Assembly: GCF_964355755.1 (NCBI RefSeq)
Contig: NC_092674.1
Location: 19,034,001-19,098,000 of the forward strand
DNA: 64,000 nt
DNA from: Antedon mediterranea
Taxonomy: Eukaryota > Animalia > Echinodermata
Direction of reading: 5' to 3'
Of the stretch, positions 40,552 to 55,500 are shown in pieces (position 1 is the stretch's first letter; each line of letters begins with the position of its first letter). The translations under genes and the position numbers were made by a program. The notes under the pieces are model-generated. The model saw only the letters and a list, made by a program, of their open reading frames with translations. It was not told where the DNA came from and made no database searches.

Positions 40552-43500
40552 TTACTGTGACTTAAGAAACATTTCACACAAGGTTTCAAATGTTGGTCTT
40601 GATTCTTTCCTGTATTCCCAGCATTTCAGCATCACTTCATAAACCCATTGTGGACACATCTCTGGCTTTTCTAACCGGTTACCATCTTCAATGAATTTAA
40701 TTACCTGAGAAGTGAAAGCAAAATGAATGCAAAGTATGTAGAAGACTAAACATTGAAAACCATTTTCTCTCTTTCAACTGTAATATAATTACTAGATTTA
40801 ATTCGTCACTATGATGAATTATAGGTTATATGCATTGATTTAAATAAAGATAATTGATTTTTAAAAGATATATTGATTGATTGATTTTCTCAGAATCTTT
40901 AATTATTTATAATATATGATAGGACCTTGCTAACGCGAACACTATAGCCGGTATCACAATCCGATCAAAGATCCATATGCGTATAATGTCATAAACTACA
41001 TTTGTTGTTACATAATAATAAAGACATAAGTTAATTTTTATCTAGATTTCATTATAAATCATGTGTATAATCTATACACTAAGAAATAAATTTGAACAAA
41101 CAATACGGATAATAAAAAAAAAATCTTATTTCGTTTCCCAAGGTGAGACTCGATCTCGGTACCTTGAATGCCATAGACACGAGCACAGACCACCGAGCCG
41201 TACACAACTGACTAAAAGTTGTAGAAAAATTCCTCCGTGTATTTACTATGCAGTAACCACTTTGATGCAAATAGATTATTACATACCGAAATGAATTATA
41301 ATTTTTTACTATGATGACATCTTTAAAATGTATACAAATGATGCACTGTCAAACTACATACTTTTAACTTTAATATATGAATTTTTGAAGGAAGAAAGTT
41401 AATGTTAAGTTTGTTATTTTGGCCTAAGAAAATGTCATAATTTGTTTGATTGTCAAAATTATTTTTTTTAAATTTAATATGCAATTAATGATGACTTAAT
41501 CAACTTTTGTTCTCTTTATTTGATAATAAATCATACATATGATACATACACTTCAAGAAAATGAAATAAAAAATAGGTGTTCCCCTGCATTCTGACGATA
41601 TATATTAATTTTAAAATTTAGCATATTTTCACCATTTTGTTAACTTATACGTGCGTAGCCAGTCACTTTTGACGTGCTCGTATAACGCAATTTCGAGTTG
41701 AAACCTGAATCAAATATGATGATATTATTAAAGAAAGATTGTAAAACAGAAATCAGGCAAAAAGAGTGCGCATTAACGTTTAACGCGCAGTGCGCGTGCA
41801 AAAATCTGCGCACTCATGGCAATTTTTTAAACGCTTAAAATTGCCTGAAACGTACTCTAATTTCATCGAAAATAAATTTGGACAATTTTGAACATTTTAA
41901 GCGCGCGTACGCAAGCGTTATATGCGCTGCGCACGTAATTTTATTGCCATATGATGAAATATGACCTGAAATTTATGAGTACCAAATTTTGTTTAATTGT
42001 GATTCATGCTTGTGAAGATATGATTACAAACGTGATTTCGTAAAATCGCGCGTAGACCGCGTAATTTTTGATTACGCATCGTGAAAATATAACCACATCG
42101 ATTCCTGGCCATGAGGAATATACTCTGAAAACTTGACTTAGCTAGATTAAACTGATGCCAAGATAATGCACGGACAAAATAGTGCTAAGGAAAGAATAAA
42201 TAAATAAATAAATAAATAAAGAAATAAATAAAGATTTTGACAGAATCAAGAGGTTATATGCATATCATGCATATAACCTAAAAGCCAGCCGTTTTCCCCT
42301 CTATTTCGAGGGGGCTCATCGGACCCACCCGAACCCCATCTGGATCCGCAATGCATGCGTGTGCAGTAATAACTAGGGACATCTCAAATCAAAAACATGC
42401 GTCTCATCGGTGTCTTTCCGAGATTTCACAGGGTTGTTACATTTTACAGATGTGAAAAGGGTATTAGATAACTTACATCAGCTCCCATTTTTTCTCCATA
42501 TGGTTGATCTCCCATACTGTACATCTCCCACAATGTAACACCAAAACTCCACACATCAGATGCATGAGAAAATTGTCCATAATAGATGGACTCTGGAGCA
42601 TACCTACATATTATAAAAACAGTATTTTAGCTTTTTGATTATTATTTAGGTTACTAAAGTTTACAACAACCATATTTCCCCCCTCCAGCATTCAAAAGTG
42701 TATTTAAAAGTTAATAAAAAAGAGGTAAAGATGGGCTTTTTTTGCATGCAATAGACCTTTATAAAATAATATTTAAATACTTTATTATTTGACGTTGAAT
42801 ATTTCTTTTATGTGAACAAAAAGTATTATTAAGAAGTATTCATGAAGGTAAATTTTCCTAATGAAGTGTTTTATGTTGAATTCAATTTGTCTATGAAATA
42901 AAGTATGACAGTAAGAAGAAAAAATCACTTTTTTTTTGTTATCTTATTTTTTATATAAAAAAAAAAGAAAAAAAGATGAATTTAAAATACAATAGAGTAG
43001 TAATGAAAACAAACCATTTAACAGGCCATCGACCACCAGTCGTTGCTCTATAATAATCACTCTCAGGCTTTGTTGCCCTGGACAATCCAAAATCACTGAT
43101 CTTGGCCTAAAATGTTAATCATGTAAAACACATTAGAATAAAAGTTTGGATTCAACTCCATACTTTTTCAACAGGAGTCATGGTCAGTACATCTATGGAA
43201 AGCTACTACAGTTAATCAAAATACAGCAATAGGAGTATTAACTCATTTGCCTCCTGATATCACTTAAAGGTATAGTAAAAGAGAATGTTATGTATCAAAC
43301 CAGAACCCATTTAGATGACCTATGGTATTCTGATACTGTTTTAGTAACAATTACCTGATCCTTTGTTGACAATAGAATGTTTCTTGCTGCCAAATCACGA
43401 TGTACAAACTTTTTTGATTCTAAATAGAGTGAGCCTTGAGAAATCTGCCATGCCCACCTCTTTAAATCTTTTTCAGAAACTTCATTTGCATGATCTATTA

Positions 43501-46500
43501 AATAGTCCAATAGTGATCCCATGGGCACAAGTTCCTGAACCTATAATATAACATTTTGCAACAAAATTTACCAGAATCTTAGAAATGTTATCAAGTTAAG
43601 ATCAATTCTATCAGTATATTTAAGTTTAAGTAATACAAAGGAAAACTGACCAGCATCATTGGTGGGCCCATAACTACACCCAGTAGTTTCACAATACATG
43701 GATGATTCAAATCACACATAACCTCTGCCTCTCGAAGAAATTCTTTTTGTCCTGTGGTGATGTGCTCTGCATGAAGTGTTTTCAGGGCTACCTTATGCTT
43801 TTTACCATGTTTATCTTTCATAATACCTTCTAATACAGATCCAAATTCTCCTTGTCCTAGCTCACGACCTTTAACCAGAAAACAATACAATTATATATTA
43901 TATCCATGGTACTTTATTGGTCACATGCCATGTATTTTCTGAAATTTGTTCTATGGTGATAATCAACATCAAGCGGATGCATCCACGATAAAGTTCACAA
44001 TGCCACGCCACATTTCTTTGTTCATCATTTTATTTGGTAGGTCATTAATAAGTTGGTTGGTATCTCTTAATATGATAATGTTGGAGATGACAAAAAAGGA
44101 AAAAAGAAAGAAGAATAATAAAGAAAAAAAAAAGATGATCCAATAACAAGAAGTTATCTGCATATCTAATGAATTTGAAAATAACAAAAATGTGGTTAAC
44201 AACCGTTATTTTTCCACGGATTTCACCCATCGGTTTTTAAACCGATTAATACAGTCGGTATCTGTTTATTACTAGAAAACCCTATTCCCAAATGGAACCG
44301 TCCAACAACATCGTGCCATGTGCTCACAGAAGATGCTAGCCTACATGGCTTCATCGCTCTATGCAACAAGCACAAGATGCGAAATAGAAACAGGGAATAG
44401 ACAATGGGGCCAAGTTTTTAAGGCCTAGCTTTTTTACGGCCGAATTTTGATGAGTAGAAGAGAATATTTAGTAGGTTATAGGCCGATTTTATATCGGTGT
44501 TTATAGGTTTATTATTTAGGCGTGGGGCCTATAGTAAAGTTTAGATCTAAAACTAAAACTTTTACCTGTCTACGCTGCTTATGACATATGGTGTATAATA
44601 GCTGAAATTTATGTAACCTCATTTTTCCGAATATTTTCAATTATGGACAGCAGCCATATTTCATTTAAGTTTTACTGTACCTACAGCAGAGCAGTTCTCC
44701 ACCCCACTTCAATAGTTTAATACCTTCCCAGTACAATCCCGGACATTTTGACACTCCCTCCTTAATGGTGATTCAACTATAGTTTAAAACCTCCTAGTAA
44801 TAATTATTATTATTAATAATATTACCCATTTAAAAAATAAAGTACTGTGTATTAGCAAAAGGTTTAAAAATTTGGCCAAAATAAAAAAAAATGTACTATT
44901 TCTAGTATACAAAATGTGTACTGTATTTTATTTTATTTCCTTGTATTGGTTAAAAAACCAGAATTTGTATTTTTTTTATAGAAAATTACTAACCTTGAAC
45001 AATATTTTTGATATCAATAATATTTAAGTTGTCTTGTTTCTCCTCATTTGATGTCTTTGAATTTTTTTTCTTTTTACCAAATAATGAGAAGACTTTAGTT
45101 GGTGATGTGTTAACGGGTCCTTTCTGGAAAAAAACACATGTTTTAATTTCATTGCACATTAAATTGTTCTTGGGTTTATTTCTATTTATGATGAATTAAT
45201 TTTTAACATATTGCTTTTTTTAAATTATTTATTTCGGTAATTTTTACAGAGCAACATATCAACCTAAGGTTAAAGGTTGTGTCTCATTCAAATTACAAGC
45301 AACACTTATAACGTGTGAAGAACAATACTTTTTAACCAACTGTTATTATAAATATATCTTAATTTGCATAAATATATAAACGTGCGTAAACTTTCTAAGC
45401 CACTAGAATAAATTATTCTTGTTTAGTAATCTGACAAAAGGGGATAATACAAATATAACAGTGAGTAAGCCCCAAATCTTTTCAAACAATTCACTGTGTT
45501 TCCTGCAAACTGCACTATTTTGCAAACTTTAAGTATTTCATTTAACTATAGACTGTTTTAAAAATATAGTACTATACAGTAACTAATTAAACACTTAACT
45601 AACTTAAAACTTAACTAACTTGTTGGGCATTCTGACAAAAGGGGATAGTACAAATATAATAGTGAGTAATCTCCAAATCTTTTCACTCTGTTTCCAGCAA
45701 ACTGCACTAATGCAAGTATTTTATTTAATTTCCCTGTTACTGCCATTTGACTATAGACTGTTTCAAAACTATAGTACTATACAGTAATTAATTAAAAACT
45801 TAACAAACCTGTTGTTGGGCATTCTGATGAGCACCAACTGCCATGTCAGGCGGTCTTGGTCCCAGAGCAGGGGGGGCATCTCTATGGTTGTCAAGAGGTA
45901 CCACTGTTGATGGTTTACAAGGAACTGTAAGCTTGCAAGGTAGACCATCCTCATATTTCTGATAGTGATCAACGAGGTATTCTAAAGAGCTGAAAAATGG
46001 TCCATCATCTATATGGAACCCATCAACCTTTAGTAACAAGTAACAAACAATAAAAAATTAAAAAAAAAAAAAACATAAAAAAACACAAAAGTATTTGAAT
46101 GCATACACTTTATTTTTGTTTATTTTGATTTTATACATGACATACATTTTATTTGTATTTATTTGTTATTGAAATCTGTACAATCAGGCCTGTATACCCC
46201 TCATTGAAATGGATATTATAGAATATATATATAAACCAGTTCCCATGTAAGGTTTGCAATAAATTATAATTAAATTTCCATCTAAAAATTGTGACAATTT
46301 GTAAAAGATACTAGATTTGAACTCGTCACAGCTAGAAAATACTGTATATATCTACATACAGTGTAGCATAGTTAAAATTACTGTACCCACCTTTTATTCA
46401 AATTTTTAACATAACATCATCAACATTAAACATGAAGATAACAGTTTCGGAAGATAATTGTTTTGGCATCAACATATTAAAATGTTGAAGAAATTCTGAT

Positions 46501-49500
46501 ACATAGAATCGAGATGCGCGCTCTTATAAATGTGATGAACTATGACGCAAAAGATGAAAATCCTAGTTTTTTACTGGCCATATGATTTCACAACATCCGA
46601 TTGGCAAAATGTTTACATGAATTCGTATCTACAATTCAATAGCTTCATCATCATGAGTATCACTTTTTATTCTATAACAGATTGATATTTACTGTAAAGA
46701 TGAAAATCTACGGTATTCAATTTTTGATGTGATGACGTCATCCAAATTAAATGAGTTGTAACTCGAAAGATAAATGATTACCCTAGACAATATTAAAAAC
46801 TGGGGGAAAATGGAATACGAATAAGTGAGATGCGTACTATTAAATGCGATGAGCTTTGACGACAGAGACAAAAATCCATTTTTTTTTCAAGTGGCCCTAC
46901 AATGATATCAGTGTCAAGCAACACAGTTACATGAATTCATATCTACAACTACAGTAATTAGCTTTCAAAATAAGTTGAAAAAAATGGTGGGTCAAAGGTC
47001 TTCCTGAAGCGCATAGATTTAAAATAGGCATATTTTTTCATAAATTTGCATTCAATTTGCAATTTTTAAGTGCACGGTTTTTGAAGTTTAATGTGCTTCT
47101 TTTTTTTTTACCATATTTATTGAGGGTGATCCATCCAGCAATTGCTGAGATCATTAGGGACCCTCATAGGTTCACAAGACAAACATACACAAGATGCTCT
47201 ACATAAACAAAGTCTTATTACAAGTCTTTGGGAGTGGAGTTGTAATTTTGTGTAATATGTGACAGGACTTGAACCTAGGACCCTTGGAGTGGTAGCCAAG
47301 CATCATAACAACCAAGCCACAACTCCACTCCTCTAAAAAATATGGAACGCTTCACAATTTTGCGTGTCATCCTTCATTATTATCATTATTCTGCAATTAA
47401 AATTCATAAAAATGAATGAAATCTATCACAGAAGGTATGAAGAACAAAAATCAATTGCAAAAACGGCCTTTCTATGCTATATTACGAGCTGTGCGCATGT
47501 GTGAATTTTTAAAATTGTGAAATTCTCAAAATGTCCTGAAACGTATAGAAAATTGATTAGAAATTAATGTTGCGCATTTAAAAAAATGTTAAATGTCGTG
47601 CCATTTTGAATCCACAGAAAGTTGACTCTTGATATGAATTACATTTTCAAATGATTTGGTTTTTACTCTATGATCAATAATTTAAATTCATGAAATCGCG
47701 CGCAACTCGTTTTTAAAAAATAGGAGGTGCACAACTTTACGTAAATATGTTGACAAAGTTACGAAATGTTATGTTTACACGTTTTAGAGAAAAGCAACGC
47801 ACAAAAATAGGGTGGAAAGAAAGAAGAATAATACAGAAAAAAAAGTTGATGATGATCTCATACAATCACATGGAGTTATCCGCCATGGTGTGGATAACTA
47901 ATAAACATTTAAAATGAAAAGAAAATCAAAGTGAAAAAAGAGGGCAACCATTGAAAGACAGAGCATGTGATATGGGCACCTACTTTACCTTTGTTTCAAT
48001 TTCAAAATTATAATATAAGCCTCCTGCAACCATTGTTAGAACATATGTGTCAGGTTTATGCGTACTGGTGCGAACAAGAAATGATCCATGACCACCACCA
48101 TTCATGGTAATTTGTTGAATCGCATATCCACGATCTTTGACCCCATGAAACCATTCTGTGTAGCTTGTTTTTGGTGGTGGAGGTACGAACCTCACTGAAA
48201 CAAAAGAACAGTTTTAATTATTGTTTTGTCTTCATTAAATTTTTTTTTTTATTGATATTCTGTTTAATAATTTAAAGATGTATTGTCCCCCTGAGAAAAA
48301 ACATTTCTACAAAATTGTTGTTGAGTATGCCATTTTAATGTCACAAAACTTTAACCAAATTTTGATAAAAAACTATTTTTTGGCTACGGAAGTGATTAAA
48401 TTGATTAAAACTACAAAATAACATATTTAAAGTATGATTTAATTAATCTTTTTTTTTCATGTTTTTGGGGGACAATAAATTATTTCTTTCTTTATTATCA
48501 ATTATTTTAGTTTAACCCTCAGTAGTACTGTAAACATTTTGAGTAATGTAAAATATTCTGAAATGCTCTATTTAATCATAAATCAGGGCCTATCGGTATT
48601 AAATACATAACTGTTTTGAGGATATATATTATGATTGGATTTAGTTATTTTTCTGTAGTTGATTTAGTTTATCAATCAATTAATTACCGTAAAACCTCGA
48701 AAAGAAGCCCATGGGCTTCTTCTTTTTTTAGTGCTCTTGGGTGGGCTTCTTTTCGAGATGGGCTTCTTTTCGAGATGGGCTTCTTTTCGAGAGTACTTTT
48801 GCAAACTGTAGAGGGGGGCTTCTTTTCGAAATGAATGCTGAATGCTTTGAATTTCTACTACAATAATGTGACTTTTGAGACATTTTTTCAACCATGAAAA
48901 TATGTTTAATATACCAATTAAAAAACAATATAAAAAGCAAAAAAAAAGTCCTATGATTCACCGTCAAATACAATAATTTCGTCATCATCTCAATACAGTA
49001 TTGAGTAGTCTATCTCGAAATGAAGCCCATACTATCTTGAAAAGAAGCCCAGGGGGCTTCATTTCGAGATGGGCTTCTTTTCGAGAGTACATTTGCAAAC
49101 TGTAGAGAGGGGCTTCTTTTCGAGATGGGCTTCTTTTCGAGGTTTAAGCCCATGGGCTTCTTTTCGAGGTTTTACGGTATATCCGCAATCAAACAATCAA
49201 CTTTTATTTCAGCCTACTGATGTACAGAACAAAAATATAATTTTAAACTAAACTATAGTACTGTGCATTTTCCGGGGTAGGGGCGTTACTCCCTAAGGTA
49301 GTGATCCCCTATTTCAAAAACTTACAAAGTAATTCCGATGTATTAGTATTTGAGTATCGCACTGCAATATTGTATGGCGTGTCTTCATCTGCATTTCTTG
49401 GGTATCGAGGCACACCCATATTTAGTAATTGGTTGACACATTCCGAGTGGCCTCGTTGTGCTGCTGTATGTAGTGGTACCCAACCTGTTGTATGATGGCG

Positions 49501-52500
49501 GGCTGTCGGATCAGCACCCCTCTCAACCAGAAGTTGGCAAATTAAAGGAAAATTGTTCATGCAAGCGTGCTAAAGAAAATAATACAAAAAAAAGAAAAAT
49601 CTTTTTTTCATTTAAAGAGTAGTTCCATGTATAAAATTACAAAATATTATATAATATAAATAATAACACATTTTAAATAGGAAGGTGATTGTTTATTTTA
49701 TACTTACCAATCGTCTCGTTTTGAGATTGTCCTACCTTTCATATACCCCTTTCACACCAAAACTCCGGAGTGTCTCCGGAGACACCCCGGGGTTTATGAC
49801 CATTCAAAACGTCGAGAAACTCCGGAGATACCCCTTTCACACCAACCTAGCAACTCCGGGGTTTATAAAATAAAATTGTAAATGTCGCCCTCTATTTTGT
49901 TTGTTTACATAGCGACGATCATTAGAATCATTTTAATTAATAATATGTTTAATTTAATAATTACTTTCAAAAGTCTCAGAAGTAATATTTTATTGATACT
50001 ACTTGTTATTTTCTAGACCCGCTATATATTTTTTACAAATATTTAAAGTATTTTGAAATAAAACTAAAGCAATGAGTGATCGTGTGAGGATGACCTTTTG
50101 ACCAGAAACACTCCGGAGTTTGATGTTGGTACCTTTCACACCAAAACTCCGGGGTGTCTCCGGAGAATGTTCAGCTGTTTAACCCCGCAGTTTTAAACTC
50201 CGGAGTTGCTTGATTTTACCTTTCACACCAAACAGCGGGACGTCAACTCCGGGGTGTCTCCGGAGTGTCTCCTGAGTTTTGCTTTTGGTGTGAAAGGGGT
50301 AAAAGTGATTAAAATCACATTTTGCAAAAACACATGCGTTAACACACATTTAAATAAGTGGGCATTACCCCTTAAGGTGTAGTACTGTAGTGACCCACAT
50401 ACCCCAACATTCCAGTTACCATTTTTTCAAATCACTATTTGAAGGGAAATGCATTCAAATTAATTGGTTTAATAAAACTATAAAACATTTATGCAAGTAT
50501 TTAATATATCATCACCACTTATATCAATCGCAAAAATACAGTACAATGCTGAGTCACAGAGGCCATGTCATCACATCTATGGCTGACACAGTACTGTAGC
50601 TGACATGTGCATCCGACTGGGCCTCTCTCTAGTAGATATACCATATACTGTATATGTAGTAGTGTATAGAGTTTAACAAGTAAAAAATCAATAAAATGGT
50701 GCTGTAATTTTAAGGACCCGGTATTGTCAATAAACACTTTCTGACATTCTAAAAAAACCTAAAGTGTAAAATTTGAACCTTACAGGGTTATTTTTAACCA
50801 AGTTAAATGTAATAGAAACTATCAATAAAAATTACAATGGAATAGCGTATTTGTACGTGTACTAACACAAAGAAAGTGATAAAAATACAAATATATTTTG
50901 TATAATGCCATGTAGTAGTGTGTGCCAGAATAAAATGAAAGCAAAACTAAATCAAAGATTGAAATTAAAATTAGATTTGAAGGCCAATGAGCAAATTAAG
51001 AATGAATACCATACAGTAGGCCTAAATTAAAATTATTATTTAACAATAGTAATAATCTTATGGGAGTTTAATTGAAATTTGATAATAAACATGAAACTAT
51101 TAATAGAGAAGTTGATACAAAATATGAAACATTTGTCAATTAAAGGATATAAGGATATTTCTATTGCACAAAATCGCTTTTGTTCAGAAACTATATTTGT
51201 CTGAGAATAATTTTTATGAATCAAAGTATTGTACTCAAGAGAATAGATAGGAAATACATAATACTGATGAGTAAATTTAAGCTTTACATCCCATTTGAAC
51301 TACAACTGTATGCAAAAACTAAATAGAATTAATAATTATTGATATTACAAAAAAATAAGCCTATTTTTTTAATTAAATGATAAACAATGATGGTAATGAG
51401 TATGAATTTATGATCCACATACTTATGGATCAGATGTTTTTATTTGATGACCCAAACTTAATTTGTTTTATATGTCGCATATAACAATTTCAACAAATAT
51501 CAATGAATGTGCATGCAGGTTGCTCTGTGGTATACTGTTTGTAAATGCAAGTCTATGTGTAAGAAACTTAATTATGTTTTGCTTGATGCTGTTATAAAAG
51601 AAATTATTAAAACATTTTTTTAGTAGACACTACCTTTAAAATTAATGTACTAAATCATAGTTTCCATTACCGTGTGAAACTTTTGAGCTGATCCCCATTT
51701 CATATTCTAAAAACTGTAGAGGGTGAATTCACTTCGCTCGCTCTCCTCTAGGAAGTGTAGATGATGGTTTTTGGAAATGGTTAAAGGAAATTCTGGCCTG
51801 TACTTTTTCGGTCGGTTACCATTGAAATTTGGTTTAATTATGATACATGCTTGTGAAGATATAATTCCAAACAAGATTTTGTTAAATCGCGTGTAGACCA
51901 CCGCGAAAAGATAATCACATCGATTCCTGGCCATAAGGAATATACTCTGAAAAATTGACGTGGCTACAGATGAAATTGATCTAAAGATAATTGACGGACA
52001 AAATAGTGCAACGAAAAGTATAAATAAATAAAGATTCTGACAGAATCAATAAGGTTATATGCATGATAATACATATAACCTAATAAAATTACTTACATGT
52101 AATGCTGTAACTCCACCACCATCTTTGGTATTAACATTAGCTTCATGATCTAGCAATAGCATAACCATTTCATAGTTTCCCTTGTCTACTGCTATCTGGA
52201 GAGCTGTATAGCCTGAACTGTTACGTGCATCTATGTACTTGGACACTAGGCTATGTTCACGTAATAACTCCCTCATCAGGTTCAAGTTGGATTCACTTGT
52301 TACTCTGGTATAAACAAAAATTTAATAAATTTGTACAAACTGGTGTACATAATTAAATGAAGTGTTTTAAAAAAACACATCTGGCTCGTGTGCACTTTAA
52401 AGAACCTTGTACTTCTTTCGGAAGAGTAGGGGGTTACTAACTCCGGTGTACTGGTTTATTCAGCCCCTGTCGTTGTGGACTGACGAACAGGGGCCGTTTG

Positions 52501-55500
52501 GTGGCAGCACTCGACACAAAGGGACCCTTAGGGGAGAAGAAAGTTGTGGTATGTGTTGTCCACACCATATAATAATACAACAGTCACCTCAGCAAAATCT
52601 AATTTTAACTTAGATTTCAAGGAATGGATTGGTGTTTTTAAATGAATACAAAAAATATGAAGCAACATTGATGACAAAATACCCATATATTCCAACTGGT
52701 CTGATTTTGGCAGGATTGTTGCCTTTTGATGCTGTGTCCAGTGTCCAACACTAAATACTCCCGCTTTTCAAAATATTTATGTAGGCTAAACCTTAGTATT
52801 GTATTTTCAAGTTTCTGAAGGCCGGCATTTAATTATTATGCACATGTCACAATACCTGTACTAAATGTGAAAAGTTGTGTGTTTTAGAAGGGTAATTCCC
52901 GGATTTTGTCAGAAAAAAAAAAAAAAGAAAACTGAGGTAGGAGTAGTATGATGTAGGACAGCAATTTTAACTGTACATTTATTGTATTGACATTTTTTAA
53001 AGAATCTGTGCAATTTTTGGGAACCCAGCATTTTGCGATACCTTTTTTGTCTTTTGAACGGTTAAAAATGTGAAAAATAAGTCGATTTCTAATAAATTTG
53101 AGCGGCCCGCTATAAATCCCAAAATTTCTTGCACGCGGATTGATATTTCATTTTTCTTCTGTGATTCACCTACTTTCAATCGTGAAGGCCAAAATAAATG
53201 GAAGAATCGTAACTTTTCAACGAAAATACCGGGTTTCCCCCAATTTGTATTACGGGTTCTGGCAAAAACAGAAAGACAATTAATGCAGGTCTGAAAATTA
53301 TAATAATAAGTGGTCCAGAATTGGGACCGTTCTCCGGATTGCCTCCAAACTTGAGTGGTCCTTGACCACATATGTACTTTCATTTTGGTAAAGATCTTGT
53401 AATTACTTTTTGAGTAATTCTGCTAACAAACAAACTCATGCAATTGACTACATATACCTCTTTGGCGGAGGTAAATAAAGATTCTGACAGAATCAATAAT
53501 AATAAATAAAATATGACTTTTGAAAGTCCTGGGGTTGGAATGTCTGTATACAACAATGTAATAATTATCATCAGAAGAAATGTTGATTGTGGAACATTGG
53601 GGTATTGCTAAACACCGCAAACCTAAAACAAAAACATAGTAAACCCCATCGAACCAACATAAAAGTTAGTGAATCATGTAGTGTACTACACAATTGTTTG
53701 CTATGTTTTTTTTTAGGTTTGCGGTGTTTAGCAATACCCGAACATTGGGGTGTGGCTATAATGTTGAGATCGGTGGATTATTTTTAAAAAGGTTTTAATT
53801 TTATCAAGTTAAGCTGGGCAGCATGAAATAGACACAAGACTTTAAAATTTCATTTTTTCCTGGTCAATCAGCCTAAAATGAATCATTTGCTCCGATATTT
53901 TAGTTGCAAATTTAAAACACATTACATGTTACATTGAAACATGTACATATTCTGAGATGTAGTTTAGGGGAAAGGATTCTGATTGTGTTATTTTCTCCAA
54001 AATATAAAGCATTTGTATGAATAAAAGCTTTTTCAGCCTAGATGCAATTGTATTGTTTTGAGGGAAGTTGCTTGAATATAAAAACTGAATGGTATTACAC
54101 ATGTTGGAAGAGAGTACGGTATTATGAATGATGACACAGTGTATGCATTTAATACCTTTATTTCCTGGTTAGGTAACTTTTTTTGTCTTTGAACGGTTAA
54201 AAATGTGAAAAATAAAGTCGATTGTAATAATTTTGAGCGGCACGCTATACATTCCAACATGCATTTCACCCGGATTGATATTTTATTTTTCTTCTGTGAT
54301 TCACCTACTTTCAATCGTGAAGGCCAAAATAACTGGAAGAATCGTAACATTTCAGCGAAAATACCGGATTTCCCCCAATTTGTATGACAGATTCTGGCAA
54401 AAACATAAAGACAATTAATGCAGCAACTAGATAACATCAGGCTAGGCCTATAGCTAGCGTACAACGTTCGTATGTTATTATTTGTTTACCAGCAAGGTCC
54501 TACGAAACCAACCCTAGCTAGGCTAGGCCTAAAGACCATCCACGAGAGGATATTCATCACGAGCTACTTAGGCAGTGCATTGTTTCTCTCTTTTTAATCA
54601 TAAATAATCTAAATATCACTATGTAATCTAAGACAAGAAATAACCTGGTTTTAACGTTTTTAAAGTAAGTAATATATATGCATTATTTTTTTACAAAACG
54701 TTAAAAATTGTAGGAATTGGTCTTTAACTTACGCATGCATAGCCGGTCACTTTTATCATGCTCGTATAATGTGGTTTTAAGTTGAAAATTGAATAAAATT
54801 TGATGAAATTGCTAAAGAAAGGTTGTAAAACAGAAAATAGTTTAACGCGCAGTGCACATGCAAAATTCTGTGAATTCATGGCAATAAATCACCTCAAACG
54901 TACTCCAATTTTATCGAAAATAAATTTTGACAATTTTGAAAATCGTAAGTGCTCGTACGCATGGGTTATATGCGCTACCCACATATTTATATATATATCA
55001 AATTTATGAGTACAAAATTTGGTTTAATTATAATACATGGTTGTGAAGATACGATTACAAACGTGATTTCGTAAACATTTTTATTGCGCACCATAAAATG
55101 ATAACCACATCATCAGAAAGAGAACCTGACCTGGCCATAAGAAATATACTCTGAAAAGTTGACTTAGCTAGATATCAAGATAGTGCTAAAGGAAAGAATA
55201 AATAAACTAGAAAGCCACTCCGAGAATGCATACCTCCGCCTACTGTATAATTCTCCTACATAAGATTTCTAACGCCCGTATTCTTAAACCGGACTTTAGT
55301 CGTAGTTCGAAGTTCGACTTGAAAAAGTCGTAGTTCGAAGTTCGACTTGAAAAAGTCGTAGTTCGAGCTATTACTTCAAATTCGATTAAAAAACGAAGTA
55401 GTCAAAGTTTGCAGTTTGACTTAATGAAGTCGAGCTTTTCGTCGAGTTCCACACGTCTGGGTAACAAAGGCTATACATTGGCCAATGACAAGAGAGTATT

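Larger units (their letters stand above)
46311..47901 (-). mobile_element. Helentron/HINE-like element (related family)
   Basis: ctagatttgaactcgtca end resembles family A; the opposite end has the hairpin agttatcc...ggataact; diverged core. Confidence 0.5.

Noticed and set aside
47335-47374. Functional U6 snRNA gene
   Set aside because: It lacks the 5' stem, the ACAGAGA box and the AGC triad.
52997-54464. Paralogous 128-aa and 143-aa ORFs
   Set aside because: The similarity comes from two copies of a dispersed repeat that is also present, without the ORF, at about 10215-10734.
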